From a virus, in the IMG/VR virus record IMGVR_UViG_3300020129_000672, positions 13,211 through 77,210 of that record: DNA of 64,000 bases. The stretch is one strand, 5' to 3'. The translations under genes were made by a program, and so were the position numbers. Below, in pieces: positions 26,259 to 34,581 of this stretch. The number at the start of each line of letters is the position of its first letter. The first letter of the stretch is position 1. The notes beneath the pieces were generated by a model. It did no database searches. It was not told the DNA's origin and saw nothing but the letters and a program-made list of their open reading frames with translations.

Positions 26259-26669
26259 ATGAGCACGACAGATTTGGGAGTAATGCCCGAAAAGAAAGGG
26301 CCAATGTGTTGTGACGACCAGCCCAAAGGTCCATGTTACCCAACTGTCTGCCTGCGAGATGAGGCGCTTGATAAGTTCCTCGAGTCGATGCCGGACCTGA
26401 AGGGCGAACTCCCACCGATTGAAGATACCATCAATTGCCGGGCGACGTTCGAGGTCAGTGGAATGTCGGACAATGAGTACGGACGATCGCTTGATCTGAA
26501 GCTCATATCGGTCGCCGACGTATCGGTCGATGCGACAGATCCGACGGCGGATGAGCCGGCTGAGGGCGAAACGGCGGATGAGCCGACGGATAAGTCCAAT
26601 ATTCCGGCCAAGACCAAAACTCCACCAATCAATCAGCCGGCCAAGAAATCCGCGTCGGGCGGCTACTGA
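26259..26669 (+). CDS. acidic head-module protein (possibly capsid staple-like)
   Basis: First gene of the late operon; YP..L.DE.L.K...SLDL pattern. Confidence 0.45.
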   Translation: MSTTDLGVMPEKKGPMCCDDQPKGPCYPTVCLRDEALDKFLESMPDLKGELPPIEDTINCRATFEVSGMSDNEYGRSLDLKLISVADVSVDATDPTADEPAEGETADEPTDKSNIPAKTKTPPINQPAKKSASGGY

Positions 26670-26672
26670 GCT

Positions 26673-29066
26673 ATGGGTCTGATCGCGGCGCTGAAGGAGA
26701 AGGGTTACGACCCGAAGAAACTTCAGGCGATATTTGAAAACAAGAAGCTTGGCAAGGAAACCAAGGGCGATCTGGCACTGACGCAGAAATTGATTGAGCG
26801 TCATCGAGGGTTGATCAGGGACGGTCTGGACCAGAATTGGCAGTCGGCCAGGCATTGGCGGGCGATTGACGATGCGTATGACGCCGGCCAGGAGCAGATC
26901 ACGGTGTCGATCATGCGGGGTCTGATCGGCAAGAAGCCAGATTCAGAGGAAGTACTTTCGGCGATCAAGCACTGGAAGCTCGATAGCATGCTGACCTGGA
27001 CGGGTGAGGGGGTTAACCGAAAGGCCGTTCTGGATCTCCCGATCTTCTTCAACATTTTCGTCCCCCTGACCGCCGCCTACACGAAGGTCAGGTGGGCAAA
27101 GCTCTGGACCGATCGCGATACGGTTCCGCTTTACAAATATTCGCCCACCAGCTCGACCGTCGAGGCGAAGCTCGCTTGCCAGGTGGTGACCGATCAGGTG
27201 GCGTTTGCGGCGGAAACCATGCAGTACCGTGTGATCGAGCGGGAGGTCATCCTGCCGGCCTTGCTTTACTCCTACGCTTGGACGATGCCACGGTCGGACT
27301 GTGTGGTGGAGAAATCGTTGTGGAAGGGCAAGGGGGCGGTTGAGGAGTACATCACGCGTGAGGGCATCGACTGGATGGTCGTTCACCCTGCCAAGTCGTT
27401 CTTTGATCGGTCGTACCCACTGAGTTCGATCAACGCTGATTGCGGGATCCGGTGGTTCGGCAATTGGACGGTTGTGGCCTTCAGTTCGATCGAAAACAAT
27501 GAGGCGTATTGGAATAAGGACACGATCTCGGTCTACAGCGGGGAGCAGGCCAACACGTGGGTGCGGCCCAGCGAGTGGAAGGTCTATCAGCAGTTTTATC
27601 CCTGCACGCTTAAGATGCCTGACTGTTGGTCGAACGAATTATCGAACTCCCGGGACGCCGTTTATTACAACCAGTCGATTACCGACCATGGTGTACAGAT
27701 CATCAATTTCTTCGATAAGCTGGTGCCGTCCCAGTACGGGCTCTACGCGTGCGACACGCCGGTCTGGCACCACTTTATTTACGCCGGGGATGGAACGGTC
27801 ATCCATTGCGTCCCGGTCGCCTACACGCCCGGGACGGTTGATCTCTACGACTACGACACCAACCGCGCGCGCAACACCTCGCTCGCCCAGGAGCTCCTGC
27901 CGTTCCAAGATCACATAAGCAATCTCCTTACCCAATATCTGCTGAGCGTTAAGCAGAATCTGGCGAACCTGACGTTCGTCGATCAGCGGCAGATTCCGCC
28001 GGAGACGATCGACAAGGTGGAGAATCTCGCGAAGTCATCTTACGTCGGGATGAACCTCATCCGGTACAACCGGCTGGACTTTGATCAGATGGGGGCGACC
28101 GCCACTCAGGCGATCACGCCCCTGGCATTTCCGAAGCACAACACACAGGAGATCGTTCAGGCGATCAACACCACGATCTCGATCGCCGAGCGGATGCTCG
28201 GGTTTTCCCCACAGGAGATTGGTGCGGCCGCCAGCCACGAGCAGTCGGCGACCGAAGTGGCGGTCATCAGCCAAGGGACGTCCACCAGGCTGGCCCTTAC
28301 CGGGTCGTTCATTGACGACGGTCGATCGGCCCGTCAGAAACGGGCGTACGACGCGTGGCTTGAGTATTCGGAGCGGGAGATCAGCCAGACCCTATCAGGC
28401 ATGCAGCCGCTGCATATCAAGGCGCTGAAGGATATGGGATTTACCGTCACCGAAACGCCGGGCACCGATCTGGTGAAGATCGAAGGCAGCCGGGAGTTGG
28501 TGGACATCGATTCGTTCACCCAGACACGGGCGCCGCAGGACCGGTTCAACGACTCGAAGGTCGCCATCGCGATGATCCAGGCGATCCAGATGTTGATGAG
28601 CAACCAGCTGATTGTTGAACGGTTTGGCGTCGACTTCTTTGTCCGGCGGTTTAACGAGATCCTTGAATTTTCTGGCGTACCCGGTGATTGGCGGTTTGAT
28701 CTCGACAACGCCAAGGGCGCCCAACCGTCTCAGCAGCAGATGATGCAGCAGGTCACTCAGTTCATCGAGCAGGCGTTGCAGAAGAATAACCAGGCGATCA
28801 CCGGAGAGCTGCAGCAGGTGATTAATTCGACGGGTGAACATTTCAAACAGACGGACCAGCAGGTCTCTTCACTTGCCCAGGCGACGGGCGGTAAGTTGCA
28901 GGAGCAGCAGCAGATATTGGCCGCCCTGCTCGATCAGGTTCGGGGGATCATTCAACCGCAGTTCTCACCCCAGACGGCGGTTGTCCCCGCCCCGCCGGTC
29001 GAACTCCCACCACCGCCCGAGCCGGCGCTTAATCCGCCCGTTGGCCAGCCGGTAGCTCCTGTGTGA
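26673..29066 (+). CDS. portal protein
   Basis: 797 aa; head-module position; SATE motif; Gln-rich C-terminal coiled coil as in P22-like portals. Confidence 0.8.
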   Translation: MGLIAALKEKGYDPKKLQAIFENKKLGKETKGDLALTQKLIERHRGLIRDGLDQNWQSARHWRAIDDAYDAGQEQITVSIMRGLIGKKPDSEEVLSAIKHWKLDSMLTWTGEGVNRKAVLDLPIFFNIFVPLTAAYTKVRWAKLWTDRDTVPLYKYSPTSSTVEAKLACQVVTDQVAFAAETMQYRVIEREVILPALLYSYAWTMPRSDCVVEKSLWKGKGAVEEYITREGIDWMVVHPAKSFFDRSYPLSSINADCGIRWFGNWTVVAFSSIENNEAYWNKDTISVYSGEQANTWVRPSEWKVYQQFYPCTLKMPDCWSNELSNSRDAVYYNQSITDHGVQIINFFDKLVPSQYGLYACDTPVWHHFIYAGDGTVIHCVPVAYTPGTVDLYDYDTNRARNTSLAQELLPFQDHISNLLTQYLLSVKQNLANLTFVDQRQIPPETIDKVENLAKSSYVGMNLIRYNRLDFDQMGATATQAITPLAFPKHNTQEIVQAINTTISIAERMLGFSPQEIGAAASHEQSATEVAVISQGTSTRLALTGSFIDDGRSARQKRAYDAWLEYSEREISQTLSGMQPLHIKALKDMGFTVTETPGTDLVKIEGSRELVDIDSFTQTRAPQDRFNDSKVAIAMIQAIQMLMSNQLIVERFGVDFFVRRFNEILEFSGVPGDWRFDLDNAKGAQPSQQQMMQQVTQFIEQALQKNNQAITGELQQVINSTGEHFKQTDQQVSSLAQATGGKLQEQQQILAALLDQVRGIIQPQFSPQTAVVPAPPVELPPPPEPALNPPVGQPVAPV

Positions 29067-29359
29067 CGCAGCCAGAGGTAATTCTGGTGACGCCCGAAAT
29101 GCGGGGGCGGATCATCGAGATGTGGCGATCACAGCCGATGGAGGCGCTTATCCGGTCAATGCGGTTGAGGCACGAACTGTTGATGAGGCAGATCGTTCAA
29201 GAATGCGCGACGGCTGCTCATGGTATAGCTCAGGCCGGTATTCAGGGAATTCCACCAACCACCGGTGGACCATTTCGAACCGCTGCGCTGTTGCTCCTGG
29301 CGATCGAGGCGATCGAGCGGGAGGCAACGGGTGAACAAATAATCCTAAAACTAGTATGA
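29063..29359 (+). CDS. hypothetical protein
   Basis: Coupled between portal and scaffold. Confidence 0.6.
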   Translation: MTQPEVILVTPEMRGRIIEMWRSQPMEALIRSMRLRHELLMRQIVQECATAAHGIAQAGIQGIPPTTGGPFRTAALLLLAIEAIEREATGEQIILKLV

Positions 29360-30837
29360 GTGAAGAAACAACATTAGCCGCCCCACCGGCGGCATCAACA
29401 ACCACCACCGCCGCGTCCAAACCAGATCAGGCAGCAACACCGCCCGATCTGTTGGCGACGATTGCCGCCCGGATGACGGCTGTTCGGAAGACGCATAATC
29501 TCTCAGACTCCGTTACGCCGGAGAAAAAGACGGAACAGCCGAAAGAGCCGCCAAAGGAGGAGGCCAAACCAGAGGCAAAGACCGAGGCTAAGATTGAGGC
29601 CAAGACGGAGGAAAAACCTGAATCAAAGACGGAAGAAAAACCGGCGGTTAAGCCGGAGCCGAAGCCAAAGGACGAACGGCCGCCGCGGCGCCGGACGCAT
29701 CACACGGTGGCCGAGCCGCGGGTGGACACCAACCAGGTGGTTAAGGACGTCGTGGCGCAGGTCGTTCCGCAGGTGATCAAAGCCAGCCAGCCCAAGCCGG
29801 AGCCAAAGGAATCGCCGATCCCCGAGATGTTTCGGCATGATCTCGATCTCTACGAATCGCTCGAGCGGGTGTATCCCGATAAGTACGGGGGTGACAAACT
29901 GACTCGGGCGCTCGCTGATTCGGCTAAGCGGATCGATCTCTATCGTGACCGGTGGGAGAAGGAGAATCCGGATCAGCCGTTTGTAGAGGCCGACCACCAG
30001 GACGAGATCGACAAGCTGCTACCGCCCATCAGTTCGCGCGAGATCGCGCGCGCACAGTCGGAGCTGACGACCCGGCAGCTCCAGGAGTCTCAGCGGGAGA
30101 AGCAGCAGGAGACCACCCGGGTGGCTCAGAAGGAGGAACGTCAGCAGAAGATCACCCAGACGGCCGGCCAGGCGGCCGGTGAGTTCCGACGAGCGATCGC
30201 CACGGCGGTCGATCCGGAGATGGAGCAGGCGCTTAAATCGGGCGACCAGCAGAAGATCAATGAACGCCTCGAGGCCGAGCCGCTGGCCCATATGGTGGGT
30301 GATCAGGTGGCGCGCCGGTTCGAGCCACTATATGCCCGGGCGGCCGTGATGTTCACTCCCGAAGGAGGGCCGACGATTGATCCGGCGACCAACCCAGTGG
30401 ATGGCCATATCCTGAATGAGCTGCTGCCGCAGATGGAGGACTATCTGGACGGTCGACAGATCAATGGTCGTCCGTACGTTCCGATGCAGGAGTATCTGGA
30501 GATGAATCCGCGGGAGCAGCGCCGACACTCAACCTTCAGCCGCGAGCTGATGTTGGACTACATTAAGGCGCTGGCGGCCGGTGAAATTACGCAGCTGAGC
30601 CAGAAGGTGGGACTCAAGCCGCGCACTAATGGTCAGCCGAATGCGAGTAAAACATCGCAACCGGCTGAAACCAAGGAGGAGAAGAAAGCGGAGGAAACAA
30701 AGGCCAGTTCGGCCAGTGGGGTGGGATCTCCCGGTGGTGGACCTGCGTTATCAACCGGCTCGGCCGCCCCGTCGAGCGCCAGAAATTTGCGGGCAAAGTT
30801 CATATCCGGCGCATTGGGAAGTACGATGGCGGCGTAA
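29356..30837 (+). CDS. capsid scaffolding protein
   Basis: Charged, low-complexity, helical; directly upstream of the major capsid gene. Confidence 0.65.
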   Translation: MSEETTLAAPPAASTTTTAASKPDQAATPPDLLATIAARMTAVRKTHNLSDSVTPEKKTEQPKEPPKEEAKPEAKTEAKIEAKTEEKPESKTEEKPAVKPEPKPKDERPPRRRTHHTVAEPRVDTNQVVKDVVAQVVPQVIKASQPKPEPKESPIPEMFRHDLDLYESLERVYPDKYGGDKLTRALADSAKRIDLYRDRWEKENPDQPFVEADHQDEIDKLLPPISSREIARAQSELTTRQLQESQREKQQETTRVAQKEERQQKITQTAGQAAGEFRRAIATAVDPEMEQALKSGDQQKINERLEAEPLAHMVGDQVARRFEPLYARAAVMFTPEGGPTIDPATNPVDGHILNELLPQMEDYLDGRQINGRPYVPMQEYLEMNPREQRRHSTFSRELMLDYIKALAAGEITQLSQKVGLKPRTNGQPNASKTSQPAETKEEKKAEETKASSASGVGSPGGGPALSTGSAAPSSARNLRAKFISGALGSTMAA

Positions 30838-30840
30838 ATT

Positions 30841-32613
30841 ATGCCAGCCATAGCCGTACCTGTAACGGACGACATCTTCGCAAAGTGTATCCCCAATTAC
30901 TCGTTGGGGACCAAGATGTGCACCGGTCTGACGTTGACCGAGCTGTCCCCGACGACCGTTGATGAATGGACGGCCATCTATACCGACGAGAGCGGTAAGT
31001 GGCGGTTGATGGGAGCGCTGATCGAAAGCGATTTCATCGGCCGATCGTGCCAGACCCGGCAGAATACGCTGTGGGATTGGATCAGTCAGACGGCCCGGGC
31101 GTGGGACAGCAAGCGACTTTCGATCAGCGGTGTCGACCGCGGGATTCGCGAGGTCGCGCCGTATGTGAAGATGGGCCGCAAGGGCATCATCAATAACAAT
31201 TACTGGTCGGTCACCAACGGGGCGGCCGGCGGTGGTACGAGTCCGAATAACAGCAGCACCTACACTCATCACTTTGATCTGACGAGCCAAACGGGTATTC
31301 CGCCGGGGGATGTGGGCGAACAGTCGGGGTGGTTTACCAACAAGATCCCGATCTACATCCGTGGCAAAAACACCGGCAGCGGCGTGGTAACGACCACCGA
31401 GTGGGAGATCTTGGATTCTGACGTGCTGAACGACACGACGGTCCGTGTCTACTGCATCGACAAGAACACTGCGAGCTTCCTCTCCAGCGGCCATCTTCAG
31501 GTGCCGATCACCGGTCTGGCCATGCGCGGCACCCCGCGTGTCAGCGACTACGAAAGCTATTGCGCGCAGGTGCCGGGCATCAATCCAAACCAGCAGGCGC
31601 TGTTCTGGATCGATAGCACGCGTTGGACACTCTGCGTCGATGAGGAGATGGAGAAGCTGATGGCGATGATCCGGGACAATAACCCGCTGTACAAACAGTA
31701 TGGCGATGTTCCGTCGGTCGAGCTCAACCGGCAGATCCTCGAGGACTTTCAGAATCGGTTGGTCAACCAGTTTTTCTGGGGCAAACCCCTGCCGAACCAG
31801 ACGGCCGAGCTGTGGAAGAATCTCGATCTGATCAAGACGCCGGACGGCGCGATCGTCACCGACTTCTTCGACCTTCCGGATACGCTTGGTCGCAACATGG
31901 GTCGTCGCGCGGCGGCCGTTGGGATGTACGAGCAGCTGGCGGAGTGCAGTCGGATCAAGGATCTGGGCGGCCTGGCGCTGAACATTCCGGAACTCCTGGG
32001 TGAGCTCTATCTGATCTGGCGAACCCGGATGGATAATCGGGTGGACGCCAGCGTGATCGAGCTGGTGACGTCTACGTCTTACGCGCCGCTTCTGCGTCAA
32101 GGGTTCTTTAACTACATGCAGTCGAAGTACAACGGGGCGATGCGGATTAATTTCGACGGCAGTGACATTCTGAAGCCTAAGCGCCTACCCGGTGGCTTTA
32201 CCTTCAGCGAGATCGATGTCGATTACCCGGCGGGTGTGACGGTCCGGATCGTCACCAGCCTGGCGTTTGACGATTTGTTGGACGCCCATGTGCGAGCCGC
32301 CTCCGGCTTGGAAGACGCTGGTCGCTGGGTGTTGATCCTCGACATCGGGAACTCGATGTACATGTCGGTCCTGGAGAGCAACACGGTGACCAACAGCTCG
32401 GGCGATCTTTCGGTCTTGAGTCAGCTCAACCAGACTCTGCTGTGCACCATGAAGGTGCCGAAGAAAAAGCAGACGATGAAGAGCATGAAGTACACGTTCG
32501 TCAACGAATGCCCGGGCGCCTCGCTCTGGATCGAGGGGATCGCCAACCAAGTTCCGGAGCATTGTGCGCCGGTCGGGGACGTGACGGATTTGGCGGGCTC
32601 GCTCAGCGACTAG
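30841..32613 (+). CDS. major capsid protein
   Basis: 590 aa after the scaffold and before a strong terminator; long helix ending FFWG. Confidence 0.75.
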   Translation: MPAIAVPVTDDIFAKCIPNYSLGTKMCTGLTLTELSPTTVDEWTAIYTDESGKWRLMGALIESDFIGRSCQTRQNTLWDWISQTARAWDSKRLSISGVDRGIREVAPYVKMGRKGIINNNYWSVTNGAAGGGTSPNNSSTYTHHFDLTSQTGIPPGDVGEQSGWFTNKIPIYIRGKNTGSGVVTTTEWEILDSDVLNDTTVRVYCIDKNTASFLSSGHLQVPITGLAMRGTPRVSDYESYCAQVPGINPNQQALFWIDSTRWTLCVDEEMEKLMAMIRDNNPLYKQYGDVPSVELNRQILEDFQNRLVNQFFWGKPLPNQTAELWKNLDLIKTPDGAIVTDFFDLPDTLGRNMGRRAAAVGMYEQLAECSRIKDLGGLALNIPELLGELYLIWRTRMDNRVDASVIELVTSTSYAPLLRQGFFNYMQSKYNGAMRINFDGSDILKPKRLPGGFTFSEIDVDYPAGVTVRIVTSLAFDDLLDAHVRAASGLEDAGRWVLILDIGNSMYMSVLESNTVTNSSGDLSVLSQLNQTLLCTMKVPKKKQTMKSMKYTFVNECPGASLWIEGIANQVPEHCAPVGDVTDLAGSLSD

Positions 32614-32640
32614 GCATTTGTCGGTGTTGTTTGATTCACC

Positions 32641-32675
32641 ACCCGGCCGCCGCCGCAGCAGCGGTCGGGTTTTTT
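32641..32675 (+). terminator. intrinsic terminator after capsid gene
   Basis: acccggccgc/gcggtcgggt stem followed by a T-run. Confidence 0.75.
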
Positions 32676-32679
32676 GCAG

Positions 32680-33024
32680 ATGACGACTTGGAATACTGGT
32701 TTTAATCCGACTCGCATTGTTCCAACGAACATATGCGGGGAGAATACCGTGCAGTTTCCGGGTATCGTCGTGTGGGGCAACAGTTCAGTCAGGATTCCGG
32801 ATGGCCGGTTTGGAGTTTCGTACGCCTATGGATTTGGTACGGCTCCCGGATCGACCGGAAGCTTTTCAATCGTCAGTGGCCTACCGCCTGGCATTAGCAT
32901 TGATTCGGGAGGAAATCTTTCAGGCACCCCGAGTGGCAGTGGTCTCTATACGTTTGATGTGACGCTAACAAACGCTGCGGGCACGCACACCGTTCCGGTC
33001 GAACTTTTGATTAATCCGCCATGA
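32680..33024 (+). CDS. putative Ig-like (He_PIG-type) virion protein
   Basis: SGLPPGISIDSGGNLSGTPSGSGLYTFDVT. Confidence 0.75.
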   Translation: MTTWNTGFNPTRIVPTNICGENTVQFPGIVVWGNSSVRIPDGRFGVSYAYGFGTAPGSTGSFSIVSGLPPGISIDSGGNLSGTPSGSGLYTFDVTLTNAAGTHTVPVELLINPP

Positions 33025-34073
33025 GCACCCCTTTTATTCCCATTCCACGACCGCCGAACACTCAAAACTGTGAGGATGGAATTTACGCCGGCACCCTGCC
33101 GAGTCAGATCTGCAACCCGGATGTCATTTGCAATCTCCGGTGTATTGATGTGGTGATCGATGATCGTCAGGAGTTTGATACGCCGCTCAATGGTGGGGTC
33201 TACAGTTACACCATTCAGAAGACGCGCGGTAGTAGTCCGATTGTGTGGACGATTACGACCGGTGCACTCCCGGCCGGCCTGGCGCTCAACGCATCAACCG
33301 GAGCGATTACAGGGACGGTGACTGAGACGGAAGATAACACTGGATCGGTCGAGTTCACGGCCACTAATTGCGATACCGGAACCAGCACCATCACCTGGGA
33401 ATGGACGGTTGGTGGATGTACTGCACCGTCCGATCTGTTGCCGGCGTCGGGTGATATTGCTCAGCCGGTGGTTGGTGTGGACTATACGGTTGCGTTCACC
33501 GCCAGCGGCAGTGGTCCTTTGGTGTTCACCGTTACCTCTGGAGCGGCTGGTCTAACAGCGGCCGGTATTACGCTGGCGCCGGACGGGACACTCACCTGGG
33601 CGGGGGCGGATGTTGATACGGCTGAGCATGTGTTTGAGGTGACGGCCACCGGGCCCTGCGGATCGGTCGCTGAGACATACACAATTCAAGGGACTGAGCC
33701 GGTGACGCCGAAGACTCTTCGTTGGGGTAACCTCGCCTATCCTGGAGCTCCGGCAGCGGCACCGACATTCGTCGAGGGCGACTTTATTAGCGGTGGTCCG
33801 CTATTCAGCGACTACACTGAGGCGGGCGCAACGGCGGCCGTCACCCGCGTTGGATCCTACATCTTCCCGTCGATCGCCGGTACGCGTCAAGTGATGTGGA
33901 TCGCCGACAGTCTTTTGGTGGGGACCGAAACCTTCATGGTTAGTGGTCTTCCATGGGGACTCGACCCGGGAGATAACACCTATCTCCAATCACTGACGAT
34001 CGCCGGGGTGGCCGGAAAGGTATTTTTTACCAGCGATCGCAATGGCGGAAGCTATACCGTAGATGTCACATAA
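33021..34073 (+). CDS. virion protein with two Ig-like domains and a C-terminal adapter-like domain
   Basis: GALPAGLALNASTGAITGT; C-terminal domain is paralogous to 34063..34581. Confidence 0.75.
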   Translation: MSTPFIPIPRPPNTQNCEDGIYAGTLPSQICNPDVICNLRCIDVVIDDRQEFDTPLNGGVYSYTIQKTRGSSPIVWTITTGALPAGLALNASTGAITGTVTETEDNTGSVEFTATNCDTGTSTITWEWTVGGCTAPSDLLPASGDIAQPVVGVDYTVAFTASGSGPLVFTVTSGAAGLTAAGITLAPDGTLTWAGADVDTAEHVFEVTATGPCGSVAETYTIQGTEPVTPKTLRWGNLAYPGAPAAAPTFVEGDFISGGPLFSDYTEAGATAAVTRVGSYIFPSIAGTRQVMWIADSLLVGTETFMVSGLPWGLDPGDNTYLQSLTIAGVAGKVFFTSDRNGGSYTVDVT

Positions 34074-34581
34074 GGGGTTCAAAATTCTGGTCGCCCTGGC
34101 GGCCTTGTTGCTGGTTGCCGCCGTTCCGCAAAAGACGGTGGTGATTCCGCCGGTTATTACCGTCACGCCGGCGACAGGCGCACCACCAACCCAAGTGTCG
34201 GTCAAACCGACGACCATAAGGTGGGGAAATTATCTTTGGGCCGGCGCGCCCGATGCGGCCCCGAAATTCGTGGAGTTTGATCTGGCAGGCCGAAGTCCGT
34301 TGTTCGTCGATTGGAATCGGTCGGTGGCGACCAATCTGGTTGGAGACTATCTTTTCAAGTCAAGGCGGGGAGCCCGTCAGGTGTTTTGGGTGGCTGATCA
34401 GTTGCTTAAAAATCGACAAACCACATTTACCAGCAGTGGATTTCCCGTCGGGTTTGATCCCGGGGACGATCAGGCACACCAATCGCTGACCATTCAGAAA
34501 GTGCCGGGTAAGGTCTACGTAACGTCCGATCGCAATGGCGGGAGTTATGTGGTGAGTGTAAAGCAAACACCTAATCGATGA
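34063..34581 (+). CDS. signal-peptide-bearing paralog of the preceding C-terminal domain
   Basis: MSHKGFKILVALAALLLVAA; shared RWGN...RQV.W.AD...DPGD...QSLTI...GKV..TSDRNGGSY.V.V. Confidence 0.75.
   Translation: MSHKGFKILVALAALLLVAAVPQKTVVIPPVITVTPATGAPPTQVSVKPTTIRWGNYLWAGAPDAAPKFVEFDLAGRSPLFVDWNRSVATNLVGDYLFKSRRGARQVFWVADQLLKNRQTTFTSSGFPVGFDPGDDQAHQSLTIQKVPGKVYVTSDRNGGSYVVSVKQTPNR

Noticed and set aside
30751-32100. Long antisense ORFs (also 25107..26153, 58961..59701, 7312..7890)
   Set aside because: Shadows of real genes in GC-rich DNA with no recognisable motifs.
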